Source: a virus
Taxonomy: Duplodnaviria > Caudoviricetes
Strand: one strand, 5' to 3'
Virus record (IMG/VR): IMGVR_UViG_3300033069_001185
Location: 64,386 to 128,385 of that record
DNA length: 64,000 nt
The notes beneath the pieces are model-generated. The model had not been told where the DNA came from. It worked only from the letters and a program-made list of their open reading frames with translations, and did no database searches. Below are positions 28,944-36,992 of this stretch, piece by piece (position 1 is the first letter of the stretch; each line of letters opens with the position of its first letter). The position numbers and the translations under genes are program-made.

Positions 28944-30199
28944 TCTGATGATTCCTCTTTTGATTCTTCTGGAATTACTCCGTTAAATGCTGGCTGTAAG
29001 ATTTTTGCAGACAGCAACTTTATAGGTTTATCAGGTTTTTGCAAAACTTTCAACAAAACAATTGAACCTTCTGCTGATTTAATGTTACAATCCCAATCGA
29101 CTAGCTGTATACGAACCCCATCAACATCGTAGATTCTATCAATAGAAGTCTTCACTTCCCCGTCTTTTTTGAAAGTAAAGACTCTTTCTTCTACTACGAA
29201 AGCAAGAAAACAAGCTTCGTAGCCCTGAATGGGCATCAAGTGACCTTTAGTCTGTAGCATTTCCAGACCGTCACCACCCAATATTACCACAGGATTCGCT
29301 CTACCATACTTCTGTTCTTGGTACTCATAGACCACAGACATTGTTCCGGCGTAGTTCTTTAGCCTAGAGGTTATCTGGCTAGGGAACTTCTTTGCACAAA
29401 TAGGCCTAATGTCCTTAACATAGGTTCCATTGATCTTCTTTTGTAACTGGAACTGGTCCAGTTCGTCGATCTTAAGGTATTCATCAGCTATCGACTTCTT
29501 AGTCTTCTTGGTTCCTAGAATTACCTGAGCAGACGTTTCGTATAGCTTAAGCTTGTCGTAGAGGGACAGATCTTCTGGGTTATTGAAAAGGCCGTCCATA
29601 GCGCCAGAGATAATAAGCGTAGTTGCTACTTTGCTATTGACAGCAGACAGTGCCTTTTTCTTTGATACAGTTTTTACAAGTTGCCCATTCTTTTCGGCAG
29701 TCTTGGTAACCATCGTTGCGTTTTTGTTTCTGTGCTCTTCAATCTTGTTGAGAAAGTCCGTAACGGAACTGTACGGAGCGCCTTGCTGGATCTGGTTGTG
29801 GGCCTTTTCTCCGATCCCGTGTAGCATTGATATAGGTGCTCGAATCTTGCCGTCCACAATATCAAAATTACTACCGCTATAACGGATATCCGGAGGTTGA
29901 ACCAAATGATGGCAGTATTGCCAGAACTTTGTATCAATCTCGTTCTTATCTGCATTGCGAAGAATGGCGGTCCACCATTCAAGAGGATAATGGTGTTTTA
30001 GCCAAGCACAAGCATATGTAATATGGGAGTACCCAACGGCATGGCTTTTGCAGTTGTGCGCCACGCTGCCATTTTCCAGTATAAAGTTGTGGTTTTTAGG
30101 AACTGTAATGTCGTAAACTTCTCTTTTTCCTAGAGACTTTATTGACTTTATCTTGAGCGTCTTGAATGGACGCTTCTGGCCTTCTTCCGTAGAGGTCAT
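28940..30199 (-). CDS. dnaE: DNA polymerase III alpha, C-terminal part, preceded by split-intein C half
   Basis: IntC KIKSIKSLGKREVYDITV...AHN, then CKSHAVGYS, AWLKHHYP, PPDI, GIGEK; ATG at 30199 with GGAG. Confidence 0.92.
   Translation of the reverse strand: MTSTEEGQKRPFKTLKIKSIKSLGKREVYDITVPKNHNFILENGSVAHNCKSHAVGYSHITYACAWLKHHYPLEWWTAILRNADKNEIDTKFWQYCHHLVQPPDIRYSGSNFDIVDGKIRAPISMLHGIGEKAHNQIQQGAPYSSVTDFLNKIEEHRNKNATMVTKTAEKNGQLVKTVSKKKALSAVNSKVATTLIISGAMDGLFNNPEDLSLYDKLKLYETSAQVILGTKKTKKSIADEYLKIDELDQFQLQKKINGTYVKDIRPICAKKFPSQITSRLKNYAGTMSVVYEYQEQKYGRANPVVILGGDGLEMLQTKGHLMPIQGYEACFLAFVVEERVFTFKKDGEVKTSIDRIYDVDGVRIQLVDWDCNIKSAEGSIVLLKVLQKPDKPIKLLSAKILQPAFNGVIPEESKEESSE
30053..30199 (-). 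mobile_element. Split intein, C half (about 49 aa)
   Basis: Blocks F/G VYDITVPKNHNFILENGSVAHN|C. Confidence 0.92.
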
Positions 30200-31154
30200 A
30201 TAGTTGCTTCTCCCATAACTGATGTTCTCCTTCCCAAAACACCGCGTAGGCATACCCCTCTCCGATCGCGATATCTTTCTTTGCTTTATCGTTTTTGATG
30301 TTTCTCTTTACCAACTCTACCATAGAACCAGTTTTGCTGGTAAGCTTATGCCAGAAATCGCCATGCATCTCTATCAGGCAGTTAAGCTTTGGACTAAAGA
30401 TATCGAATGATTTGTTTCTTAGCTTAAATTCAATAGTGGCGTCGGGATCTAGTGTTTGTATCAATTCAAACAATACTCTGTGAGGAAACGTCACTCTCCA
30501 TCTAGAAATCAGATTCGAGGCAGAGAACGCCGCTGCTCTTTTGCATTTATCGGAAGCCTTCTGTCCTATAGATATTCTACGGCCTCTCTTTTCTTTTAAA
30601 AGCCGGTCCAAAACGGTCATGTCGTAGTCTGCCGATCTCAAAAAAAGAGTCCTAAAATTGACTATATCATCTTCGTCTGAAAACAAGAACATAAAATTAG
30701 GAAACTGCCGATCTACTAGAGGCTTGAGGTCTTTAAAGCAAAGATCGTTGTACAAAAAATCTTCAGACATTAACGACAGAAACTCTGTAACTTGCTGTTT
30801 TGTATAAGGAAAGCTCTTGCTTAGCACAGAAGGATTGAGTGCCCCTCTTCTAGAGATGCCAAGCTTATCCGAGCCTTCCGGTGTCATTACTCCGATATTT
30901 CGTGGAGAGACAAACGACCAGTCTTCTATCGTTGTTTGTCTCCGCATAACAGAAATCCACCAGTCGGTGTCTCTTTTTGCGGAGACCCCCTCCGATCTTT
31001 TCCACGCCCATTCATGGTCGGTTTTTGTAGCAAACAACTCTTTCAGCTCTGCTTTTCTCTCTGGGCCGAGAGTGCATTTAGGGCTTTGGGTGTGTATTTT
31101 TGCTGTGTTGCTGCTTATTTCTTTCCCGCAGTCGCAAGTGATTCTTCTTGGCAT
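30096..31154 (-). CDS. Free-standing Vsr-like (PD-(D/E)XK) homing endonuclease between the intein halves
   Basis: FDIF...LIEMHGDFWH...ND..K...VFWE; overlaps both intein half-genes. Confidence 0.8.
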   Translation of the reverse strand: MPRRITCDCGKEISSNTAKIHTQSPKCTLGPERKAELKELFATKTDHEWAWKRSEGVSAKRDTDWWISVMRRQTTIEDWSFVSPRNIGVMTPEGSDKLGISRRGALNPSVLSKSFPYTKQQVTEFLSLMSEDFLYNDLCFKDLKPLVDRQFPNFMFLFSDEDDIVNFRTLFLRSADYDMTVLDRLLKEKRGRRISIGQKASDKCKRAAAFSASNLISRWRVTFPHRVLFELIQTLDPDATIEFKLRNKSFDIFSPKLNCLIEMHGDFWHKLTSKTGSMVELVKRNIKNDKAKKDIAIGEGYAYAVFWEGEHQLWEKQLYDLYGRRPEASIQDAQDKVNKVSRKKRSLRHYSS

Positions 31155-31444
31155 TGAATAAAGACCTCCGTGTCTTTATTCAAGATTAGGTCTTTTAGTG
31201 TAACCCACTCGCCTTGATATAAGAATTTATGATCTTCGGTAGCCTTGATCGTAGATCCGTCTTCCAGTTCAATCTCAAACACTTCTTTGATTCCGCTAGA
31301 AAACTTGGCAGAAGGAATGATATATTCTGTCTGGTTTGTCTCCATATCCAGACTCAAGACTGATATTTCTCCTTTCGACTTGACCAAATCCTCCATTCTC
31401 ATAGGACCGACGTTTGTCACTATCTTTTGGTCTCCGTCGATACA
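31115..31444 (-). mobile_element. Split intein, N half (about 109 aa)
   Basis: YGF|CIDGDQKI (block A), KEVFEIELEDGSTIKATEDHKF (block B), then stop. Confidence 0.92.
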
Positions 31445-32608
31445 AAAACCGTAATTTGCAAACGTCACCATCATCTCCCACAAACGCTCTGCTGTCTGCT
31501 GGCCCAGCTTTGGAATGGCTCCGTTCATAAAGACAGAACGATCTGCCAGAACTTTGGCCAACTGTTTCTTCGAAGTATGAACCCGAAAGTTATCCGCCTC
31601 GGCCCCTGTGGTGTTGCCCAATAGCCTAAACACCTTCGTTAATTGTTCCTGAAACACCAGCACCCCATAGGTTTCCGGCAATAGCTCATCCAGAATGGCT
31701 ACACGACCAATACCCGCCTCGCCAGCCGCTCGCCTAGCGTATTCGACGAGCATGTTGTGTTTTACGCCATTTTCTTCAACATAAGCGTCTAGAGGGCCGG
31801 GTCGATCCAGAGCAACGAAAGCTGCCAGACCGGTTATGTCCTTGATTGGCGGCTTACCTCCAACAGGTCGGAAGGATTGTAATCCTGTCCTTGCGGCTGA
31901 AGCGTCTAGTTGGAAAACTGTTTCAACTTTACCCTCACAAATGTCTTTATAAACTTCCGGGTCCTCTGGCAAATCGTAAATATTGAGCTTTTCGCCAGTT
32001 ACTGGATCCGATACCAGCATGATCGACGGGAGCTTGCTGGTGCTGGGAAGGCCGGGATTGGTTTTTCGTATGATTTTGATACACTCTTCAATGTCTTTGA
32101 TACTATTAACGACCAAGAAGTCCATCTTCAAGCCACCAGCAGACTCAATTGCATTGGCCGTAAACTGAGTAACTCTAACACCGCCAACAGTTACGATAGG
32201 TACGAAACTATCTACTGGAGTTGGGCTAATGATATAAGCGCATGGGTGTCTGCTGGCCTGTCTGGCCAGACCTAAAGACTTTTGTACAATGTTCCATTCT
32301 TCTGGGTAGTCTTTGATATATTGCTTGAGCGTGGGATTGGTCTCTGCTAAGCCGGGGACCCAAGTGCCTTCGTCGTGATACCCAAAAACCACATCGTGTT
32401 CGTCAACTCCCTGAGGCGAAGTAGGAAATTGCTTACAGATCTTTTCAATCTCTGGATAGACAGTGCCATGCAACGCTCTGTGTGTGTCTTTGATTGCAGA
32501 CTTTAGCTTAAGCTTGGTGTCTACAGAAAGCTGGCTCACGCAGTCACCGAAACGCTTCTTCAGCCACCCCGTCTGGACTGTCTTCTTCTCTACCTTAATT
32601 ATTTTCAC
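31115..32608 (-). CDS. dnaE: DNA polymerase III alpha, middle part, ending in IntN
   Basis: SRHPCA, GLKMDFL, VFQL, RPGP, ETYGVLVFQEQ, FANYGF; GTG start. Confidence 0.92.
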   Translation of the reverse strand: MKIIKVEKKTVQTGWLKKRFGDCVSQLSVDTKLKLKSAIKDTHRALHGTVYPEIEKICKQFPTSPQGVDEHDVVFGYHDEGTWVPGLAETNPTLKQYIKDYPEEWNIVQKSLGLARQASRHPCAYIISPTPVDSFVPIVTVGGVRVTQFTANAIESAGGLKMDFLVVNSIKDIEECIKIIRKTNPGLPSTSKLPSIMLVSDPVTGEKLNIYDLPEDPEVYKDICEGKVETVFQLDASAARTGLQSFRPVGGKPPIKDITGLAAFVALDRPGPLDAYVEENGVKHNMLVEYARRAAGEAGIGRVAILDELLPETYGVLVFQEQLTKVFRLLGNTTGAEADNFRVHTSKKQLAKVLADRSVFMNGAIPKLGQQTAERLWEMMVTFANYGFCIDGDQKIVTNVGPMRMEDLVKSKGEISVLSLDMETNQTEYIIPSAKFSSGIKEVFEIELEDGSTIKATEDHKFLYQGEWVTLKDLILNKDTEVFIQCQEESLATAGKK

Positions 32609-34253
32609 TGTAGTCAGAACCTTCCGTGTATTTGCCGACAGGTACCTGAACCACAGTACCGTCTTCTAGCGTTAGCATTTCGACCTCAATTTCACTCACC
32701 AGCAGGTCTCTGCTGGAAAGATCTAGGTCGATATCGGGCAGTTTACCACCTTGAATACGATCTGGGGTTATAAAACGGTCAAGAGATAGTTCATAGCGGA
32801 GAGGATCGATATGTGTAATGCCTAATAGATAGGCTAGTAGAACCCCACCAGCAGAACCTCTGACAGGCCCGGTCAGTCTGTCGTTGGCATGGTAAAGGCT
32901 GACGATCTCTTCGTCAGGCATGAAGTACGACAGAAGATCTACTACACCGTTTTTGTGCAAAAGGTTGATTTCTTGCCAAAGCCGCTCCACCATGACCTTG
33001 TTGTTCCAATCCATTCGACCATGTTTTTCTATCAAAGAGATAGTATGGGCTAGGGTATCTGCTGGGTAGTGGGTGTCTGGAAGTGCTCTTCGTGGAGTAA
33101 ACACGAAACTATCAAAACGCTTGGCCCAAGCCAGATTGTTTTCTATCCACCCTTCATACTTAGCCTCAGAAATGCCCATTTCGGACTTGAAGTATTGATA
33201 TGCCTGTTCTGAGGTCATTCTGGCGTAAACATTGGAGAACCGCCAAGAACCGCCAAGCTGTGCTAGGCGCATATCTTGCACTACTTTGTCGTCGGCTGAA
33301 GCTAGGTGGCTGTCGTCACTGATAAGCACAGGATCGCCAAACTCTTCCGCTAGCGCAACTACGAACTCGTTTACAGACTTCTGAACGTCACCGTTGGGAG
33401 CAAAAGACGTACACTCGTTCTTCAGAAATCCTTCGGTAAGCTTGACTGTTTGGATCTGTATCGGGGCCTCCAAAAGAGTCCACTTGCGATTGTTCATTAC
33501 CTCTAAGATTGAAGTGTGCCCTTTCTGGCTCTTGGCCAAATCTTCCGCCTTTACTGTTCCTGAGTTCGTCTTGAGAGACTTCCATGTCGGATAAGAGGTT
33601 TCTACGTTGTACGTATCGGTAACTACCACGGCAGACTTCCAATACGAATCGCACTTGTGAGGGAAAACCTCTACATAAAAATTGCCCGGCTTAAAAATAG
33701 AACGGACGCGCTGATAGTAGGTCCTAGCCATGGCCGGATCGTTATTCAGCACCAAGTGCCGACCAACCATACCGATAAGGCACCCAGAAGTGCCTGTAAT
33801 GTTAAACTGACCTAGTGTCTCTAGCGTTTTCCAGTCAAAAATAGGCTTCCTTTCGGAGCCATGAGATTCTGCTGTTTTGTCGGCATCGGACATCGCTTTT
33901 ACTAGGGCAAAAAAGGCTTGCTCGTCTAGGCAATGCAAAGTCATATGACAATACTTGAAAACGTTTGTGAACTTTCCCGTTTTGATATCCTGAGTATGTC
34001 CAGCTTCTAGCAAATGTGGACAGTTATCGTCCCGAAAATAGCATTCCACGCCCAGAATAGGCTTGAGTTTGTCTTTGAACTTTTTGTTAGATTTGCACAG
34101 GTCGTAAATGTCTCTAGTAGCTCCCAGAGACCCGTGATCTGTAACGGTGATATAGCCAGTGCCGAGTTGAATTTCTTTTTCGGCAAAGGCTTCTGGCGTC
34201 GAACCAGTATCTATTGATTTAGGGTGGCAGTGAGGTGTTGGAAAATTTTTCAA
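32595..34253 (-). CDS. dnaE: DNA polymerase III alpha, N-terminal part (PHP domain + start of palm)
   Basis: HCH, TDHG, GVECY, DSH, RGSAGG, LGITHIDP, LPDIDLD. Confidence 0.92.
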   Translation of the reverse strand: MKNFPTPHCHPKSIDTGSTPEAFAEKEIQLGTGYITVTDHGSLGATRDIYDLCKSNKKFKDKLKPILGVECYFRDDNCPHLLEAGHTQDIKTGKFTNVFKYCHMTLHCLDEQAFFALVKAMSDADKTAESHGSERKPIFDWKTLETLGQFNITGTSGCLIGMVGRHLVLNNDPAMARTYYQRVRSIFKPGNFYVEVFPHKCDSYWKSAVVVTDTYNVETSYPTWKSLKTNSGTVKAEDLAKSQKGHTSILEVMNNRKWTLLEAPIQIQTVKLTEGFLKNECTSFAPNGDVQKSVNEFVVALAEEFGDPVLISDDSHLASADDKVVQDMRLAQLGGSWRFSNVYARMTSEQAYQYFKSEMGISEAKYEGWIENNLAWAKRFDSFVFTPRRALPDTHYPADTLAHTISLIEKHGRMDWNNKVMVERLWQEINLLHKNGVVDLLSYFMPDEEIVSLYHANDRLTGPVRGSAGGVLLAYLLGITHIDPLRYELSLDRFITPDRIQGGKLPDIDLDLSSRDLLVSEIEVEMLTLEDGTVVQVPVGKYTEGSDYSENN

Positions 34254-34471
34254 TCAATCTCCACTTTCATTTCCTTTCTGATTTTCAGAATGGCTTTTTG
34301 AAATATATCTTCAACCTCCTCTTCTGTCAATAGGAGGACCTGAGATATGAGTTTTGTGCTGGCACCGTCTGGATATCGCTCTAGCAGCTTTTTTACTGAA
34401 TTATCAAATCTTTTGCTATAGATGAAGTCGTCTTCTGCTTCAATCCTTTTCTTTGTTTCGTCTAAACTCAT
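34250..34471 (-). CDS. Small sigma70 region-4-like HTH protein
   Basis: STKLISQVLLLTEEEVEDIFQKAILKIRK aligns with the sigma4 pattern TLEEVG..F.VTRERIRQIE.KALRKLR. Confidence 0.55.
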   Translation of the reverse strand: MSLDETKKRIEAEDDFIYSKRFDNSVKKLLERYPDGASTKLISQVLLLTEEEVEDIFQKAILKIRKEMKVEID

Positions 34472-34838
34472 GAGAGATCACTTTGCCTGTTGAATTCAGG
34501 GCTAATTCCAAAATCGATATATCGTTTTCCGTCTTTGACACTTCAAGAACGGTCTGCTTTAGGTTTCGGTTAACCAAAACCACTTCTTTTTTTAGGTTTT
34601 CCACAAGTTCTTTTGTTGCTCTGATCTCTTCTACGATTTTTGAGTATTCTTGGAATTTTACTACTTTGGCTTTGGAGGCAATGTATTTCTTATTTTTACT
34701 AAGTTCTTCTAGACGTTCTTTACAGGCAAGGTCTTGTTGGATAAGTTTGGTCAAAAGCTGGGCCAAACGCTCAGCTTTTGTTTTGCAAATCTTGAGATAC
34801 TCTTTCTTTGAAAAGACCTCAAGTTCTTGTTCGTTCAT
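34440..34838 (-). CDS. Coiled-coil hypothetical protein
   Basis: MNEQELEV start coupled to the exonuclease stop (TAATG). Confidence 0.55.
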   Translation of the reverse strand: MNEQELEVFSKKEYLKICKTKAERLAQLLTKLIQQDLACKERLEELSKNKKYIASKAKVVKFQEYSKIVEEIRATKELVENLKKEVVLVNRNLKQTVLEVSKTENDISILELALNSTGKVISHEFRRNKEKD

Positions 34839-35620
34839 TAGTTTATCAGTAGATTTTTGCGCTTGGTCTTGTTTGTTAGTGTGTATCTTGATCTCGACCA
34901 GCCTCCACAGTCCTTGCACTGGAATCTATGATATTCTCCGGATTGTGTCAAAGCTTTTCCGCGCTTCTGTACGTGCTTGGAGCCGCATTTAGGACACTGC
35001 ATTTCATCCATTTGGGAATACATGGCAACGTTCGGGTGTCCTTCTACCCACGGACGGAACTTAAGATAGAGCTGTTCGGTAGCTACCGTATCGGCCACAT
35101 TATAGGCTTTCATCTCAGCCCAAGCTTTGGGGTTGTCTTTTAGACACTCAGCCCAGAGTTCGAAGCCGGGGAACAGCTTGTGATCTTGCTTCTTTGTTTC
35201 TGTGAGATGCGTGCTCAGCCAAGCGAGCTTGTTGCTAGTAAAGTCAAAGTGACGCTTTGCTACTAGCATGGTGTCGACAATTTTGATAGGGCTGTAAGGC
35301 TTGAAACCATTCAAAATCAGTCTGGCATTGATCTTCTTAACGTCAAATGCCTGTCCGTTCTGGGCAACTACGATATCGGCTTCGTTTAGCAGTTCCCATA
35401 GTCCCTTCAGGAGAGCGTAGTCGTCTCTTACTTTACTCTTACCACGCCCTCCTGTAGATTGATAAATCACTTTGCTATCGCCTAACCACTTTGCGCAATA
35501 GCTTAAAATGGTCCATTCTGTTACAATCTGTTCCAACCCAATGTTTTGTTGCCAAAGCCCCCAATGATACGATTCGATGGGAGCAGTCTCGATGTCTAGT
35601 GTTAGTATCTTTGGGGACAT
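34838..35620 (-). CDS. DEDD/RNase-H-like 3'-5' exonuclease with C-terminal Zn ribbon
   Basis: LDIET, QNGQAFD, YNVADT, CPKCGS...CKDCG. Confidence 0.82.
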   Translation of the reverse strand: MSPKILTLDIETAPIESYHWGLWQQNIGLEQIVTEWTILSYCAKWLGDSKVIYQSTGGRGKSKVRDDYALLKGLWELLNEADIVVAQNGQAFDVKKINARLILNGFKPYSPIKIVDTMLVAKRHFDFTSNKLAWLSTHLTETKKQDHKLFPGFELWAECLKDNPKAWAEMKAYNVADTVATEQLYLKFRPWVEGHPNVAMYSQMDEMQCPKCGSKHVQKRGKALTQSGEYHRFQCKDCGGWSRSRYTLTNKTKRKNLLIN

Positions 35621-35636
35621 TATTGGTTATTCCTTT

Positions 35637-36158
35637 TTAGCTTTGGGCAACAGCAGCGGCGGGGACTTCGGTTGAGGGCTCTACCATTTCGTAGATTTCC
35701 ATTACCTTGAATTTACCAGAAGAACCGCCCTTGCCGTCTGGGATATCCAGATCAGTATCGGCACCCTTGTTCAGTACAACTTCCTGAAAAAGCGGCGAAA
35801 GCTGTTCAAACATAAGCTGTACTCTTCCCGGAGGTAGTGGCTGGCCGTCCAACCCATACTCTATACCAACGATCAGGGACTTGGGAGTAACCTTTTCCGT
35901 AGCCTTGATAGTACCAGACTTAAGGCCTGCTTCTACTTGGTTCTTGGCCGCTTCTGCCTGCTTTTGTAGGTCTTCTGCATCTTGATCCTTCATGGCCTTT
36001 TCAACCGCTTCCTTGCCAAGGATACGGATTACCCCATTCAGCGCCGAAATCAAAGGATGGAATCGTCGGTCCAGCGAATCGTTGATGCTATGAAGCAGTC
36101 GCGGGGTCTGTTTTTCTAGCTGCTCAACTCTATCGATAATAGTCATCTTGTTACTCAT
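35637..36158 (-). CDS. Hypothetical protein
   Basis: ORF in operon. Confidence 0.6.
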   Translation of the reverse strand: MSNKMTIIDRVEQLEKQTPRLLHSINDSLDRRFHPLISALNGVIRILGKEAVEKAMKDQDAEDLQKQAEAAKNQVEAGLKSGTIKATEKVTPKSLIVGIEYGLDGQPLPPGRVQLMFEQLSPLFQEVVLNKGADTDLDIPDGKGGSSGKFKVMEIYEMVEPSTEVPAAAVAQS

Positions 36159-36987
36159 TGTTATCTCCTCTACTGCTTGCGCCTAGTTGTTGTGCTACTG
36201 CGGTACTGGTTGAATCTGACATTTGTACTGATTTCTGTGCTTGTTGTTCCAAGAACATTTGCATCTGATTGCCGGTCGGCAGTGGCATTGGTTTGATACC
36301 CTGCGCCACACTTACCGGAGTTACGTCTCGCATAATTGGTTCAATTTTCCCGGTCTTCGTATCTTTTTCCCACATCAACTCGCCACTACCATTCTTGCTT
36401 TGTACAAAAATACGATTATTAACTACTTTGAGTGTGGGATCGTCCTTGTACTTGTTGGGAATTTTGATATTATTCATTGTCTTTGGCGTCTTGCTCGTGG
36501 AATCTTTTTTAGGGGCCTCTATCGTTTTCTTAAGTGCGGGCTTTGGCTTGGCGGGTTGAACCTTCAGCTTCGGTTCCGTTCTCTCGACTCTCGATTCCAA
36601 TAATACAGGTTTTTTGCTGACTTTACCAACAATCGCCTTGACAACCTGCACCCCTTCAGTACCAATAGAAGAAAGTTCCTTCAGCGTTTCGACTTCTTCG
36701 GCACTGAATAGATCTGACGTTTGTTGCTTAATACCTAGGAGAACGCCCAATCTCGATTTGATAAAGCCACGTACCTCTTCCTCGACCTTCAAGGAAGCCT
36801 CTGTGGGCTCCTGAAACAAGGAGTCGTTCAGCAATAGGCGGTAGTATTGGGCTACCTCTAAGCGCTTTTCAACCTCTGACATTTGATCTGCAAAGTCGTC
36901 GGTTTGCGCTTGTACGGGCGTTCGTTCTTCCGTAGGCGGCTCTTCTTGTTGCTTCAAAATGCTTTCTAGCTCGAAATCGAATGTCAT
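36151..36987 (-). CDS. Hypothetical protein
   Basis: ORF in operon. Confidence 0.6.
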   Translation of the reverse strand: MTFDFELESILKQQEEPPTEERTPVQAQTDDFADQMSEVEKRLEVAQYYRLLLNDSLFQEPTEASLKVEEEVRGFIKSRLGVLLGIKQQTSDLFSAEEVETLKELSSIGTEGVQVVKAIVGKVSKKPVLLESRVERTEPKLKVQPAKPKPALKKTIEAPKKDSTSKTPKTMNNIKIPNKYKDDPTLKVVNNRIFVQSKNGSGELMWEKDTKTGKIEPIMRDVTPVSVAQGIKPMPLPTGNQMQMFLEQQAQKSVQMSDSTSTAVAQQLGASSRGDNNE

Positions 36988-36992
36988 TTATG

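Noticed and set aside
30200-30253. Longer start for the DnaE C-terminal gene (MPTRC...)
   Set aside because: The ATG at 30199 has a GGAG RBS and gives a typical IntC length.
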